Positions 45,003-54,823 are shown, counted from the stretch's first letter. The stretch: 64,000 nucleotides of DNA from an uncultured Verrucomicrobiae bacterium (GCA_963762565.1 CAVXLD010000009.1:1-64000), one strand, 5' to 3'. The notes: generated by a model not told the origin, from the letters alone. A program made the numbers and translations.

Positions 45003-45050
45003 CTCCTTATCCTCCGTTCTAATTACTCCGCCAGAGCCCTACGGTTTCAG

Positions 45051-45080
45051 AAAAACCCACCGCGAACTCGGCGGTGGGTT
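45051..45080 (-). terminator. Intrinsic terminator of a putative attenuator
   Basis: Minus strand: cccaccgc-cgagttc-gcggtggg followed by TTTTT. Confidence 0.75.
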
Positions 45081-45108
45081 AAAAATCTAACGTTCGATTT
45101 TCGTCTCC

Positions 45109-45186
45109 CTACCGCCTGGCCAAGGCAAGCCAGCCAGCACGCATCTTGACGCAAATTTTGGCACGATCGCACCACTGATTAGCCAT
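45109..45186 (-). promoter_or_regulatory. Putative 25-aa leader peptide MANQWCDRAKICVKMRAGWLALARR
   Basis: Stop region GGCGGTAGG is complementary to the 5' arm CCCACCGCC of the downstream terminator. Confidence 0.55.
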
Positions 45187-45301
45187 ATATTTTGTCGGGG
45201 GTGTGGTGAGGTACACGAACATCTCCCGACTAATACGATCCGAAGGCCTTACTCGCAAACAGAAATTCAGGTTACAAAATTGTTACGATTGTGGCGAAGG
45301 C

Positions 45302-45385
45302 GCACTACTCCAGCACTCCAATACTCCAGTACTCCATCACTCCGCGCGACCGGATTCGAGGACGAGGACGAGAACAAGAACGAAG
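45302..45385. repeat. 8-bp (TACTCCAG-like) and 6-bp (GAGGAC-like) tandem repeats
   Basis: tactccag cactccaa tactccag tactccat cactccg; gaggac gaggac gagaac aagaac; similar block at 46201-46240. Confidence 0.75.
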
Positions 45386-45729
45386 CGTTCAGCACGCGTT
45401 GTAATCGGGGACAAAAATACGCCCTTCGGATGTGGCACGTCCTCGCGGCGCGCGGGGATCCGACGTCGCCCCGCTCGAAGAAAAAACCGATCGGATGCAT
45501 AAGGCTATGTCGGACAGGCAGCACGCCCTCCCCGATTTGGACCCTGTGACCCCGCGGGGTTGGAACTGCGTTCAGCCGATGTAATATCAAATATTCGGAT
45601 TGCCCTTCGCAGTAGTACGACGTAGCATCGCGAGGTTGTTCGAACGGCGGCGCAATATTCTCACTGCGAAGTGCAGCGTGGGAACACTTTCTAGCCATGG
45701 AAAACTCTTCAACAGCGAGGTTACAGCAG

Positions 45730-45975
45730 ATGCCAAAACGGACCACCAGTGTCCGTCTTGAGAACCTAGAACGGCTCGAACGAGTGGTTCGAGAATTTGG
45801 ATTTAAGGATCGCAGCCACTTTTTCCAATTGTGTACCGATGCCTTGATACGAGCCCATTCCGAAAGCCAACAACTCGATTGGCCTCCACGTTTCGCGACG
45901 CGTAAAGAGCTGGAGCTGCGAGAAAGAGAGCTACCGCGAATGGATCATCCTGAGCCGGCGCAGCTTCCGCATTGA
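45730..45975 (+). CDS. Small ribbon-helix-helix-like protein
   Basis: KRTTSVRL strand, LERLERVVREFG helix, DRSHFF helix pattern. Confidence 0.55.
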   Translation: MPKRTTSVRLENLERLERVVREFGFKDRSHFFQLCTDALIRAHSESQQLDWPPRFATRKELELRERELPRMDHPEPAQLPH

Positions 45976-46279
45976 ATTTCTCGGCGCTGATTTTGAACAG
46001 GAGGCAACAGAGCTAACAGAGGCCTTTCCCTCTGTTCCCTCCGTTTCTTCCTGTTCAAAACATCTTCTTGCGGTCCTAAATCAATTCCGTAGGGACCGAT
46101 TTTTTCGGCGGCTTCGATGGTCTTAACGAGTGACACAAAAACTGTGCGTTCGCTCCTTCAGCATCTCCAATTCGCCAAGGCGGATGCTTTTCGGACTTGG
46201 CAGTACTCCAACACTCTCCGCGTGCCCGGATTCGAGGACAGCCTGTCCGACGAAGCCCATGGCCTATGTTGTCAACCGC

Positions 46280-46407
46280 TCGTTGGTCAACCTATCACGG
46301 TCGGTAATGGAGCTTCCCGAATGGCGATCGCACCCGACGGTGACTATGCCTACGTTCCGAATGGCACCGACAACACGGTCTCAGTGATCAATATACAACC
46401 CCAATAA
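46280..46407 (+). pseudogene. C-terminal fragment of a YVTN/YncE beta-propeller gene
   Basis: ITVGNGASRMAIAPDGDYAYVPNGTDNTVSVI = one YVTN repeat; upstream sequence is repeat DNA. Confidence 0.6.
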
Positions 46408-46560
46408 GGGGCGGTGTTTTGACGAGTCGTGACGAAAGGACTCGAAAATCATTTTTTGAACAGGAGGTAACGGAGATAACAGAGAGGTTCTCCCTCTGTT
46501 TCCTCTGTTCGCACCTGTTTAAGTGCCTTCCCTCGTCTCGGAACTATTTTCGCAAAGGAC

Positions 46561-46591
46561 CGATTATTTTCGGCGGCCCCGATGGTCTTAA
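46561..46591 (+). promoter_or_regulatory. Putative SigG-type ECF promoter CGATTA-N18-GTCTTAA (second copy at 46097-46126)
   Basis: Motif is duplicated; lies about 50 bp upstream of the SDR gene and next to a SnoaL-ECF gene. Confidence 0.55.
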
Positions 46592-46638
46592 CAAGTGACG
46601 CACAACCGTGGGTTAACAACCCTCAATAAAGGTCGCAA

Positions 46639-47448
46639 ATGCTTCTAAAAGACAAAATTGCTGTCGTATACGGCGCCGGCGGCGGTGTCGGCAGCGCCAT
46701 CGCTCGGAAATTCGCGCTTGAAGGTGCGCATGTCTATCTGACAGGGCGCAGGCTCGCTCCAATTAAGAACATCGCTGCTGAGATTTTCTCATCAGGAGCT
46801 ATAGCGAAAGCGGCGGAGCTGGATGCGCTGGACGAGAAAGCAATCGAGGCCCACCTGGACTCTGTCGTTGCTGAGACAGACAAAATCGATATCTCGTTCA
46901 ACGCGGTCGGTGTTCCTGCCAGTCTCGTAGCCGAGAAAGGCATGCAGGGTCTTCCGCTGACAGATATTCCGCTCGAAAGCTTTACGGTACCGATCACGAC
47001 TTATACTCGCACCAACTTTCTCACCGCACGCGCAGCGGTACGGCGAATGGTTCAAAGACAGACCCAGGGCGTCATCCTGATGCATACGCCGGAACCTGCG
47101 CGGATGGGTGTCCCGCTACTAGGAGGAATGGCGCCGGCCTGGGCCGCCATGGAAGCTCTCTGCCGAGATTTCTCCGCGGAATTTGCTTCACACGGCATCC
47201 GGGCGGTCTGTCTCAGGACGACCGGGCTACCGGAAACAAAAACCATCGAAATCGTTTTCGGAATCCACGCCAAAGTACTCGGCGTTGATTGGGAACAGGC
47301 CCGAAATTTCATGGAGAGCACAACTCACCCTCGCCGCTCGTCAACCTTAGAAGAACTTACTAATATGGCTGCGTTCTTAGCTTCTGATTTTGCTAAAGGG
47401 ATGACGGGAACGGTAGCCAATCTGACGCTCGGTAAAGCAGCCGACTAA
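46639..47448 (+). CDS. Short-chain dehydrogenase/reductase
   Basis: YGAGGGVG Rossmann motif, IDISFNAVG, GIRAVCL; canonical YxxxK absent. Confidence 0.88.
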   Translation: MLLKDKIAVVYGAGGGVGSAIARKFALEGAHVYLTGRRLAPIKNIAAEIFSSGAIAKAAELDALDEKAIEAHLDSVVAETDKIDISFNAVGVPASLVAEKGMQGLPLTDIPLESFTVPITTYTRTNFLTARAAVRRMVQRQTQGVILMHTPEPARMGVPLLGGMAPAWAAMEALCRDFSAEFASHGIRAVCLRTTGLPETKTIEIVFGIHAKVLGVDWEQARNFMESTTHPRRSSTLEELTNMAAFLASDFAKGMTGTVANLTLGKAAD

Positions 47449-47462
47449 ACCTCGCGTTGCCA

Positions 47463-47737
47463 AGTGTCCTGTCCCATAAATAACGTGGCTTTCGCCGTCG
47501 GTCAGTTGGCTGTTTTTCAAGGCGCGAGCGAAGCGCCCATATCTGGTTCATACGGGTCGAGCGAGCAACGCGGAAAAACAGCCAACTGGCCACGGCCCGG
47601 AGGGTTGCGATGAAAATGGGCCGGCGGCTACGTTGCTCGTCGGTTACGTATCAATCTATATATGCGCCCTCCTCGCGTCTTGCCGGCGGCCCATTTTGAT
47701 CGCAACGAAAGCCACGTTATTTATGGGACAGGACACT
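47463..47737. mobile_element. MITE, 275 bp, with perfect ~32-bp terminal inverted repeats
   Basis: agtgtcctgtcccataaataacgtggctttcg / cgaaagccacgttatttatgggacaggacact; no transposase. Confidence 0.88.
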
Positions 47738-47753
47738 AAGTCTGTATGAGTAA

Positions 47754-48842
47754 ATGAGAGCATCCGCCCACAAATCAGGCCTCGCCGAACCAGATTCATC
47801 TTCCCCGCCCCGGGATAAGGAAAGTTTTCAGGTAATCGTTGAATGGCATCGCCGAGAAATCATGCTGCATTGCTACCGGATGGTCGGATCGTTACATGAT
47901 GCCGAAGACCTCACCCAGGAGACATTCCTGCGGGCCTGGCAAAGTATCGACCGCTTCGAAGGGCGTGCCTCCCTCAAAAATTGGCTTTATCGGATCGCAA
48001 CCAGCGTTTGTCTGACTGCGATCTCTAAGAGTGCAAAGGCGCGCCGTGTTTTGCCGGAAGAAATTAATGGGCCGGCTACAAAAATGCCAAGCGGTTCGGC
48101 GACGGATGAGGTTCCGTGGGTCGAGCCGTATCCCGATTCGGCGCTGGAAAATTTAGCGGATACATCGCCAGGACCAGCAGTGCGCTACGAGATGCGCGAA
48201 GCGGTTCGTTTAGCTTTCGTAGTTGCGACCCAGCGTCTTCCCGCACGGCAACGCGCAGTTCTGCTGTTGCGGGACGTGCTGGGGTGGTCGGCCAGTGAAA
48301 CTGCCCAGGCGTTGGAGATAACGCTGGCATCGGCCAATAGCGCCTTGCAACGGGCTCGCCTGACGCTTGGAAAGAATCTTTCCAACGAGGAAATAGCGGA
48401 TCAGTCAACCGGTGATCCCTGCCGGCAGGCAATCGCCGAACGCTATGCAGCCGCCTGGGAAAACGCTGACCTTGACGGTCTCACCGGACTACTAGCGAAG
48501 GACGCGAAACTGAACATGCCGCCACGGATCGAGTGGTACCTGGGGCGGGCCCGCATCCGCGCGTTTTTGGCGTATGCGTTCGACTGGGTCTGGAGTTCAC
48601 ACCGTCAGGGTTCGTTCCGAATGGTACCCACCGCGGCGAACGGACAAGTCGCCTTTGGCACTTATGTCCGTGATCCCGAAGAACCCAAATATCATGCCCA
48701 TGCGCTCCAAGTCTTAACGTTTAAGCAGGAGCAGATCAGTCAGCTGACTTTGTTTGTGGACGCACAGTTCTTTCCAAAGTTCGGATTGCCAATCGAACTG
48801 CAATCCAAAGGAAAATCAAAAGTGTCCAGCTTGTCGGTCTGA
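47754..48842 (+). CDS. ECF sigma factor with C-terminal SnoaL-like domain (SigG-like)
   Basis: HCYRMVGSLHDAEDLTQETFLRAW, WLYRIAT, WVEPYPD, LLRDVLGWS, ANGQVAFG. Confidence 0.92.
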   Translation: MRASAHKSGLAEPDSSSPPRDKESFQVIVEWHRREIMLHCYRMVGSLHDAEDLTQETFLRAWQSIDRFEGRASLKNWLYRIATSVCLTAISKSAKARRVLPEEINGPATKMPSGSATDEVPWVEPYPDSALENLADTSPGPAVRYEMREAVRLAFVVATQRLPARQRAVLLLRDVLGWSASETAQALEITLASANSALQRARLTLGKNLSNEEIADQSTGDPCRQAIAERYAAAWENADLDGLTGLLAKDAKLNMPPRIEWYLGRARIRAFLAYAFDWVWSSHRQGSFRMVPTAANGQVAFGTYVRDPEEPKYHAHALQVLTFKQEQISQLTLFVDAQFFPKFGLPIELQSKGKSKVSSLSV

Positions 48843-48861
48843 ATACATCCAGGATTGAGAA

Positions 48862-49251
48862 ATGGAGCCAGCCTGCCGAGCCTCATCTCCTTACCTGCTG
48901 GTGTTCCACGACTGCTTGCAGGGTGACCGGTCAAAAACTTCGCCACGAGAGATCGGGACGGTTCTAGCTAAATGGATTGAATGGCATGATTGTCTCGACG
49001 CGCAGGGCAAGATTCTTTTCCGCGGCGCGATTGGGCCGGAAGCTCGACGAGTCCAAGGCCCGCTCGGGGCCAACAGGTACCGGGTTGAAGCGGACAAACG
49101 TAATCCAATTGTCGGCTACCTATTAGTAGATGCTGTCAATTTCGATGAGGCTACCGAAATCGCCGCTGGCTGCCCTGGGCTAGAATATGACTTCGCCGTC
49201 GAAGTCTGCAAACCGTTCGCTGCGGATGTAACTGAAACACACAGAGGATGA
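48862..49251 (+). CDS. YciI-like protein
   Basis: IVGYLLVDAVNFDEATEIAAGCP...VEV. Confidence 0.75.
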   Translation: MEPACRASSPYLLVFHDCLQGDRSKTSPREIGTVLAKWIEWHDCLDAQGKILFRGAIGPEARRVQGPLGANRYRVEADKRNPIVGYLLVDAVNFDEATEIAAGCPGLEYDFAVEVCKPFAADVTETHRG

Positions 49252-49356
49252 TTTGCTCGAAATAGTGATCTTCTACTATTCTGTTCAAGATTAGTATTTG
49301 GCTTGAAATCGGCGCCTTACGACCGTCAAGGTCCATCAAAGAAGTCACGCACTGTG

Positions 49357-50022
49357 TCACCCATCCGTACCATTCCTGGACGCCGGCGGCGGGCTAAAGG
49401 GATCAAGCACACTAGGCCGGGTCGGCGCTTCCAAATTGGAAATGCGAGCGGCCATTCTAAGTACCCCCCAACCGACGCCCTCGGCCAACACCACGTTGTC
49501 TACCTCCGTCTCGGCGAAACTCTCTCGCCCGAGAAATTCTAACAACAACCGAACCCGCTCGTGCCCGGGCACAACATGCGTAACCACCGCTTCGATTCCG
49601 GCCAAGGGTCCCTTTAACAATCGCACCCGCTCGCCAGGCACCAAAGCCCGCACTAACTGGCCCACCGCCCCGTCATCTCCGGTCTCCGCCCGCAGCTCCT
49701 CGATTATGTTATCCGCTATCTCTGGATACCATTCGCCAAAACGCACCAAGCACGACACACCGTGTGCGCTACGCACTTGCGGCAGCATCTCTTTCAATGA
49801 AAAACGCGCGAAGAAATACCCAGGAAACAGGGCTTCGGTCACCCAAATCCATCCGTCCTTGCCAGGGCGTCGAAAGCGGATCCGCGGGCAAAAAACTGAG
49901 GTATCTCCTAATACCTTCACGTGGGCGGCAGCAACCTGTTCGAGCTTCCTTCTTGAGCGCAGGCAATACCACGCCGCGCCGTCTCCCAGCTGCTGCCTCG
50001 CCCCGTTAACTCTTTCCTGCAT
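49357..50022 (-). CDS. RfaH/NusG-family paralog 2
   Basis: WYCLRSRRK, TEALFPGYFFARF, RVRLLLEFLGR; closely similar to paralog 1. Confidence 0.9.
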   Translation of the reverse strand: MQERVNGARQQLGDGAAWYCLRSRRKLEQVAAAHVKVLGDTSVFCPRIRFRRPGKDGWIWVTEALFPGYFFARFSLKEMLPQVRSAHGVSCLVRFGEWYPEIADNIIEELRAETGDDGAVGQLVRALVPGERVRLLKGPLAGIEAVVTHVVPGHERVRLLLEFLGRESFAETEVDNVVLAEGVGWGVLRMAARISNLEAPTRPSVLDPFSPPPASRNGTDG

Positions 50023-50319
50023 AAGCGATATTCTGAGTTAGCTTGATAGACAAAGAGGTGTACCAGTCAGGTGTTAGTTTAGGTAGTCAGGAATTGACCT
50101 GAATGGAAGCTCAGGTGCTTTATTCCGCCAAGGAACCCGACAGGCAAGCCTAGAAGTGTTAACGTTAGCATATTGATTCGAATTGATGGAACCTTAACCT
50201 GCATATGGTAATTATAATGGTTACTGCAAATCAGCTTGCTGCCGCGGAGCCGCTGGTATTGGAGAATTCCCTATTTGCGCCCTTCCGCAATTAGACCTTC
50301 TGAGTAGCCGACTAGTGCT

Positions 50320-50931
50320 TTAGAGATGACACTCACACTTTTGCGCCATGCGGACCAGTTCCGGAACGGAACCAGCCTTCATCTTTTGCATGACTCCCTT
50401 GCGATGGATTTTGACGGTGAATTCACTGGTCCCCAATATATCCGCAATCTGTTTGTTCATGAGGCCTGCGACGACATGCTTCAACACTTCTCGTTCCCTT
50501 TGGGTTAGACGCTCGTATCGAGCGCAACATTCTTGTATCTCGGCGCCTTCTTTTCGATTTTCCCGGTCAAGTTTGATGGCCACAGCAATGGCATCGAGCA
50601 AGACCTGATCTCGGAAAGGCTTGGTGAGAAATTCTACGGCCCCGGCCTTCATCGCCTGCACGGACATGGGAATGTCGCCGTGACCGGTAATGTAAATGAT
50701 CGGGAGCCCGCTCCCGTTCAACTCACGCTGAAGCTCTAGCCCACTCAATCCTGGCAGACGAACATCAAGCACCAGAGCGGCGGGGACATCTGGCCGCTTA
50801 AATTCCAAGAATTCTTCGGCTGATGAAAATACGTTCGCGCGCATTCCGATGGAACGGAAGAGGCGCGACAGGGCTTCCCTCATGGAAACATCGTCGTCGA
50901 TTGCAAAAACGATGGGCTCTGCTTTATCCAC
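50320..50931 (-). CDS. FixJ/NodW-type response regulator (REC-LuxR)
   Basis: IDDD, LDVRLPG, TGHGDIPMSVQAMKAGAVEFLTKP, NKQIA...TVKIHR; GTG start overlaps the kinase stop. Confidence 0.93.
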   Translation of the reverse strand: MDKAEPIVFAIDDDVSMREALSRLFRSIGMRANVFSSAEEFLEFKRPDVPAALVLDVRLPGLSGLELQRELNGSGLPIIYITGHGDIPMSVQAMKAGAVEFLTKPFRDQVLLDAIAVAIKLDRENRKEGAEIQECCARYERLTQREREVLKHVVAGLMNKQIADILGTSEFTVKIHRKGVMQKMKAGSVPELVRMAQKCECHL

Positions 50932-52120
50932 CGCGTCGCTCCCGATCGAATGGCAGCGTAAAGCAAAAGGTACTGCCGCGTTCTCCCTTAGCTGCCCAAA
51001 GCCGGCCGCCATGCGCCTCTATAATTGAACGCGAAATAGTGAGTCCCATTCCTATACCATTCGTTTTCGTGGTAAAAAACGGTTCGAATATCCGGTTAGA
51101 ATGTTTAGGATCGATGCCGGCGCCAGAGTCGGCTACTTGCACCAGTAAATTACCTAAAACCTGCGTTTCCGTCCGAATCCATAGAACGCGGGAATATTGG
51201 CTCACCTCGAGCATTGCTTCGATCGCATTCATTAGCAGGTTCAACATGACCTGCTGCAATTGCACCCGGTCGGCCATCACCAGCGGCGGTTCTTGCTGGA
51301 GCTTGAGCCGCAATAGGACACCGCTTCGCTCAACTTTGTCATTCGTCCAGGCAACGACTTCCTGAACAACGCTGTTGATGTCCAGGCGCTCACGCAGGCC
51401 TTCTCCAGGTCCAACCAGTTTACGGGTACGCACCAAGACGTCACTGGCCCGGGTACCGTCTCGGATGATTGCCTCGACGGCTTGGCGAGCTTCCTCTATA
51501 TTTGGCGGGGTGCCTTCAAGCCAGCGTAAGCAGGCATCCCCATTGACCACAATACTGCCGAGCGGCTGATTAACCTCGTGCGCGATTGAGGCAGCCAACT
51601 CTCCCATCGTAGTAATTCTGGCAATTCGAGCTAACTCATTTTGCGACCGCAGTAACCCTTCCTGGGCCGCACGCCGCTCTGCGATTTCAGATTGGAGCCG
51701 CAGATACGCTTGGTTCAGATCGGCAGTTCTTTCTCTGACCTTGGCATCGAGCTCGTCACGCGCTTGCCGGAGCGAGCTCTTTACTTTTCTTTGGTCGCTA
51801 TTCAACCAACTAATAAACAAAGCGGTGGCACTGAAGGCCAACATGTCCGGGATCTCGTCCGGACTGATTCCCAAGGAATAGAAGGGCGGAATGAAATAAT
51901 AATCGAGTGCTAGCCAGGACAGAAGCGCTGACAACAGACCAGGCCAGAGTCCGCCGTACCAGCTGGAAATCATGACCGCGCAAAAGAAAAAGGTAAGTGA
52001 GTGCTTGAGGGCGGAACCCAGGCAAAGCGTGATCAGTACTGCCAGCCACACCGTTACAATCGCAACAAAGTAACTAGAAAAATATTGCCCCCACACCACT
52101 TTCCCACTGGATGTGAACAT
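50924..52120 (-). CDS. Membrane sensor histidine kinase (DUF4118-like TM, HisKA, HATPase)
   Basis: GELAASIAHEVNQPL, NLLMNAIEA, DSGAG, FFTTK, GMGL. Confidence 0.93.
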   Translation of the reverse strand: MFTSSGKVVWGQYFSSYFVAIVTVWLAVLITLCLGSALKHSLTFFFCAVMISSWYGGLWPGLLSALLSWLALDYYFIPPFYSLGISPDEIPDMLAFSATALFISWLNSDQRKVKSSLRQARDELDAKVRERTADLNQAYLRLQSEIAERRAAQEGLLRSQNELARIARITTMGELAASIAHEVNQPLGSIVVNGDACLRWLEGTPPNIEEARQAVEAIIRDGTRASDVLVRTRKLVGPGEGLRERLDINSVVQEVVAWTNDKVERSGVLLRLKLQQEPPLVMADRVQLQQVMLNLLMNAIEAMLEVSQYSRVLWIRTETQVLGNLLVQVADSGAGIDPKHSNRIFEPFFTTKTNGIGMGLTISRSIIEAHGGRLWAAKGERGSTFCFTLPFDRERRGG

Positions 52121-52636
52121 ATTACAGATCTTAAATCTTTCATTCCATCCTGGGAGACTTCCCTGAGCGAATTCGACAAACTGATCGAACGTTAATCCGC
52201 GCCGTTCGGCCTAGGCGGCCTGTTGGCGAGAGCACCTTTCCATCATTCCTTCTGAAAAGCTGCTCGGCGCAACCTATCGTTCAATGGAGCTTTTGCAACT
52301 TCAAGAGACTCGTTCAATTCAAATTGATTTAGAAATCCTCGCCTAGGATTGAGGGAGCGGCAAAACCCGGAAGCCTTCCCCGAGCTTATGCTATCAGGTC
52401 GCGCCTATATAGCGGTAATAGTAGTGCCAGTAATTATAAAATTCCCTAAAGATTTTAGTCTTGTTGCGGCCGAAAGCCGTATTAGACGGTATCCAGTATC
52501 CACCTTCCGAAGATTTGGCAACGAAGTTTCTTCAACGCTTCGTGGCTCGGCGTGCTTCAAATTCCATCAGGCCGTTTCGGAATCGATGCTCGTTCGTTCT
52601 CCCTTGCGTGTCACTCCCCGGATCGTATCATCTGGA

Positions 52637-53161
52637 ATGCGAACGCCAACCCGGCACGCGCTGTTGACAGCGCTTCTGTTTGGTGGAGTCGTTTTAACGG
52701 GCAAGGCTGATAACCCGATCTCAAGCGAACTCCAGAATAAATCCGGCGCACCAGAAGTCTATCGAGTGGAGAACCAACACGCGGCGATGCACAAAGCGGT
52801 GGATCAAGCTCGCAAAACGGTTGGTGAATTTATCAAGGCCGTACAGCATCCCGCTACGGGACAGACGGACTTTGAGGTCAAGAAGCCCTTTGTCCAGGGT
52901 AACGAAGTCGAACACATTTGGTTGTCCGATGTCGAGTTTGTGGGCGGGCGATTCAAAGGCAAAGTGGATAACGCACCGATGAAGATCCACGGATTGAAGA
53001 TGGGGCAAGTGGTGTCGGTTAATCCTGACGAAATTTCGGATTGGGCTTACGTCGATAACGGCAAGTTAGTCGGTGGCTATACCATCCGGGTGCATTATAA
53101 CGAACTCTCACCGGCCGAGAAGAAGGAGTTCCAGCAGCAAGCCGACTTCAAAATTGAGTGA
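52637..53161 (+). CDS. DUF2314 (YegJ-like) secreted protein
   Basis: AVDQARKT, EHIWL, GKVDNAP, ISDW, LVGGYT; signal peptide from ATG 52637. Confidence 0.8.
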   Translation: MRTPTRHALLTALLFGGVVLTGKADNPISSELQNKSGAPEVYRVENQHAAMHKAVDQARKTVGEFIKAVQHPATGQTDFEVKKPFVQGNEVEHIWLSDVEFVGGRFKGKVDNAPMKIHGLKMGQVVSVNPDEISDWAYVDNGKLVGGYTIRVHYNELSPAEKKEFQQQADFKIE

Positions 53162-53185
53162 GCGACAGCAGCACTCGCAAATCAA

Positions 53186-53488
53186 ATGAAAGCGATCAAG
53201 AGAATCCTGCTGCTTGGCCTTGCTAGCACGGCTTTATTATTTGCCGGATGCGAGGGTGCTTCCGTGACCGGTTCTTATGTGGGCGGTGGTTATGTGGGCG
53301 GTCCTTATGTTGGCCCCTATTACGGCGGTTGGGGGCCGTACGGCGGTGGTGACTTTATCTTCGGCGGAACCCACTACTACCACAGCTACGGCTACCACCA
53401 TTTCTACGGCCATAGCTTTAGCGTTCATCATTTTGGTGGCGGCGGGTTTCATGGGGGCGGACATGGTGGAGGTGGCGGTCACCGCTAA
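53186..53488 (+). CDS. Gly/Tyr/His-rich small lipoprotein
   Basis: Lipobox FAGC; low-complexity tail. Confidence 0.7.
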   Translation: MKAIKRILLLGLASTALLFAGCEGASVTGSYVGGGYVGGPYVGPYYGGWGPYGGGDFIFGGTHYYHSYGYHHFYGHSFSVHHFGGGGFHGGGHGGGGGHR

Positions 53489-53550
53489 GACCGTGGAGCG
53501 CTGCCTTCCCGCGGCCGCGGGACAAGGCCGATTCGGTCGGAACCGTGGAA

Positions 53551-53624
53551 CGCGCTCGGCGGGACTCGAACCCACGACCCAGGGATTAGAAATCCCTTGC
53601 TCTATCCAGCTGAGCTACGAGCGC
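53551..53624 (-). tRNA. tRNA-Arg (UCU); CCA not encoded
   Basis: GCGCTCG acceptor stem, TAGCTCAGCTGGATAGAGC D arm, TCT anticodon, GGTTCGAGTCC T arm. Confidence 0.95.
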
Positions 53625-53753
53625 TAATGCACCGGATTGAAGGATGGGAAGGTTAACCTAGGATAGCGCAAGGTCAATCGGGGAAGTCCAGGACCGCGCC
53701 GGGACAGCTTCGAAATCCCACTCGGGCTCGCGGCGGGTCAGCTGAGCAGTCCG

Positions 53754-54179
53754 TTAACCTTCGCATGTAGACCCATCCGGTCTGAACCCGGTAATTTCTC
53801 TTCGCTTGCCTCCGACCACCGGTAGTGACATCAGAAGAATATTGAGCTGGGAATCGTGCTGCACCAGCCTCACTTCTGAATTATCGCCATCCAGAATTCC
53901 TGTGAGAATGATCATCTGCGGATTCTTATATCCAACTCTTTCGACTCTGATTTTCACGGCCGAGCCGAAGGACGCCAGCATTACGGCAACTTCTCTTTCC
54001 GGTGGTAATGTCGCTTTGTAATCGTTGAGCTCATTCAGCAGCTTTTCGCAGGTGGCTTCCGCACGCTCGGAAGTTGAGACAATGGATATTGGCTTCAGAT
54101 CGCTAATCTGCTCGGCCAGAGGCGGCGGTTTGCTCCAGTCCTGCGTCCGTCGTTTGTGCTTCAAAACAATGTTTGTCAT
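53754..54179 (-). CDS. Hypothetical protein (DUF6173-like)
   Basis: EVAVMLASFG, GYKNPQMIILTG, LVQHDSQLNILL. Confidence 0.7.
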   Translation of the reverse strand: MTNIVLKHKRRTQDWSKPPPLAEQISDLKPISIVSTSERAEATCEKLLNELNDYKATLPPEREVAVMLASFGSAVKIRVERVGYKNPQMIILTGILDGDNSEVRLVQHDSQLNILLMSLPVVGGKRREITGFRPDGSTCEG

Positions 54180-54380
54180 GGTCGGGGAACTAAAAACGCT
54201 GCGGTGGTTTATCGGGGCCTGTCTCCATCTTTTATTGTGACGCTAGGCAGGACCAGAGACAACGTTGTTTTTAGAGTGTGGAACCAAGGATGACTCAACA
54301 ATTTCGGCTGACCGAGCCCCTTGGGCTCTCACTTGAGACCTATCCTTGAACCTTTTGCTCGTTTTAGCTAAACCGCGCCA

Positions 54381-54644
54381 ATGAGCACCACCGACCTGGC
54401 CGAATTGGAAACTCGTTTACGCCGGCTTGAACTGCAAAATCGCGCCCTGATTTTGCTGGTTCTCGGGTTTGCCGGTATCGGGTCGATCGCCGCGACTAAC
54501 CGGCCATCCCGTATCGCCGCCGACGAGATCCTCACCTCCCACTTAATCATCGTCGATAACCGCGGCAAAGTTTTAACCGAGACACAAGGTGTTAACGGAA
54601 AAATCAATATCAGTAGATACGCCGAGCAGGAATTTTACTACTAA
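54381..54644 (+). CDS. Hypothetical single-TM protein
   Basis: Coiled-coil LETRLRRLE plus TM helix. Confidence 0.6.
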   Translation: MSTTDLAELETRLRRLELQNRALILLVLGFAGIGSIAATNRPSRIAADEILTSHLIIVDNRGKVLTETQGVNGKINISRYAEQEFYY

Positions 54645-54823
54645 CAGGTACTAACCAGGCACAGGCTATCGAGCTTCTAGGTAGAAGTGTTCTTTTGTTT
54701 GATCGGAATCGAGCTGGAACCCGGAGTTAGTCATTTTCCGAGAGGCGGTACGGCCGGCCTCCCTCGCTTGTAAACAGCTCAGATTTGAATTACTAAAGTG
54801 ACGTGGAGAATGGATTCGCACGG

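Noticed and set aside
53551..53624. tRNA-anchored genomic island
   Set aside because: No integrase and no duplicated tRNA 3' end seen in the window
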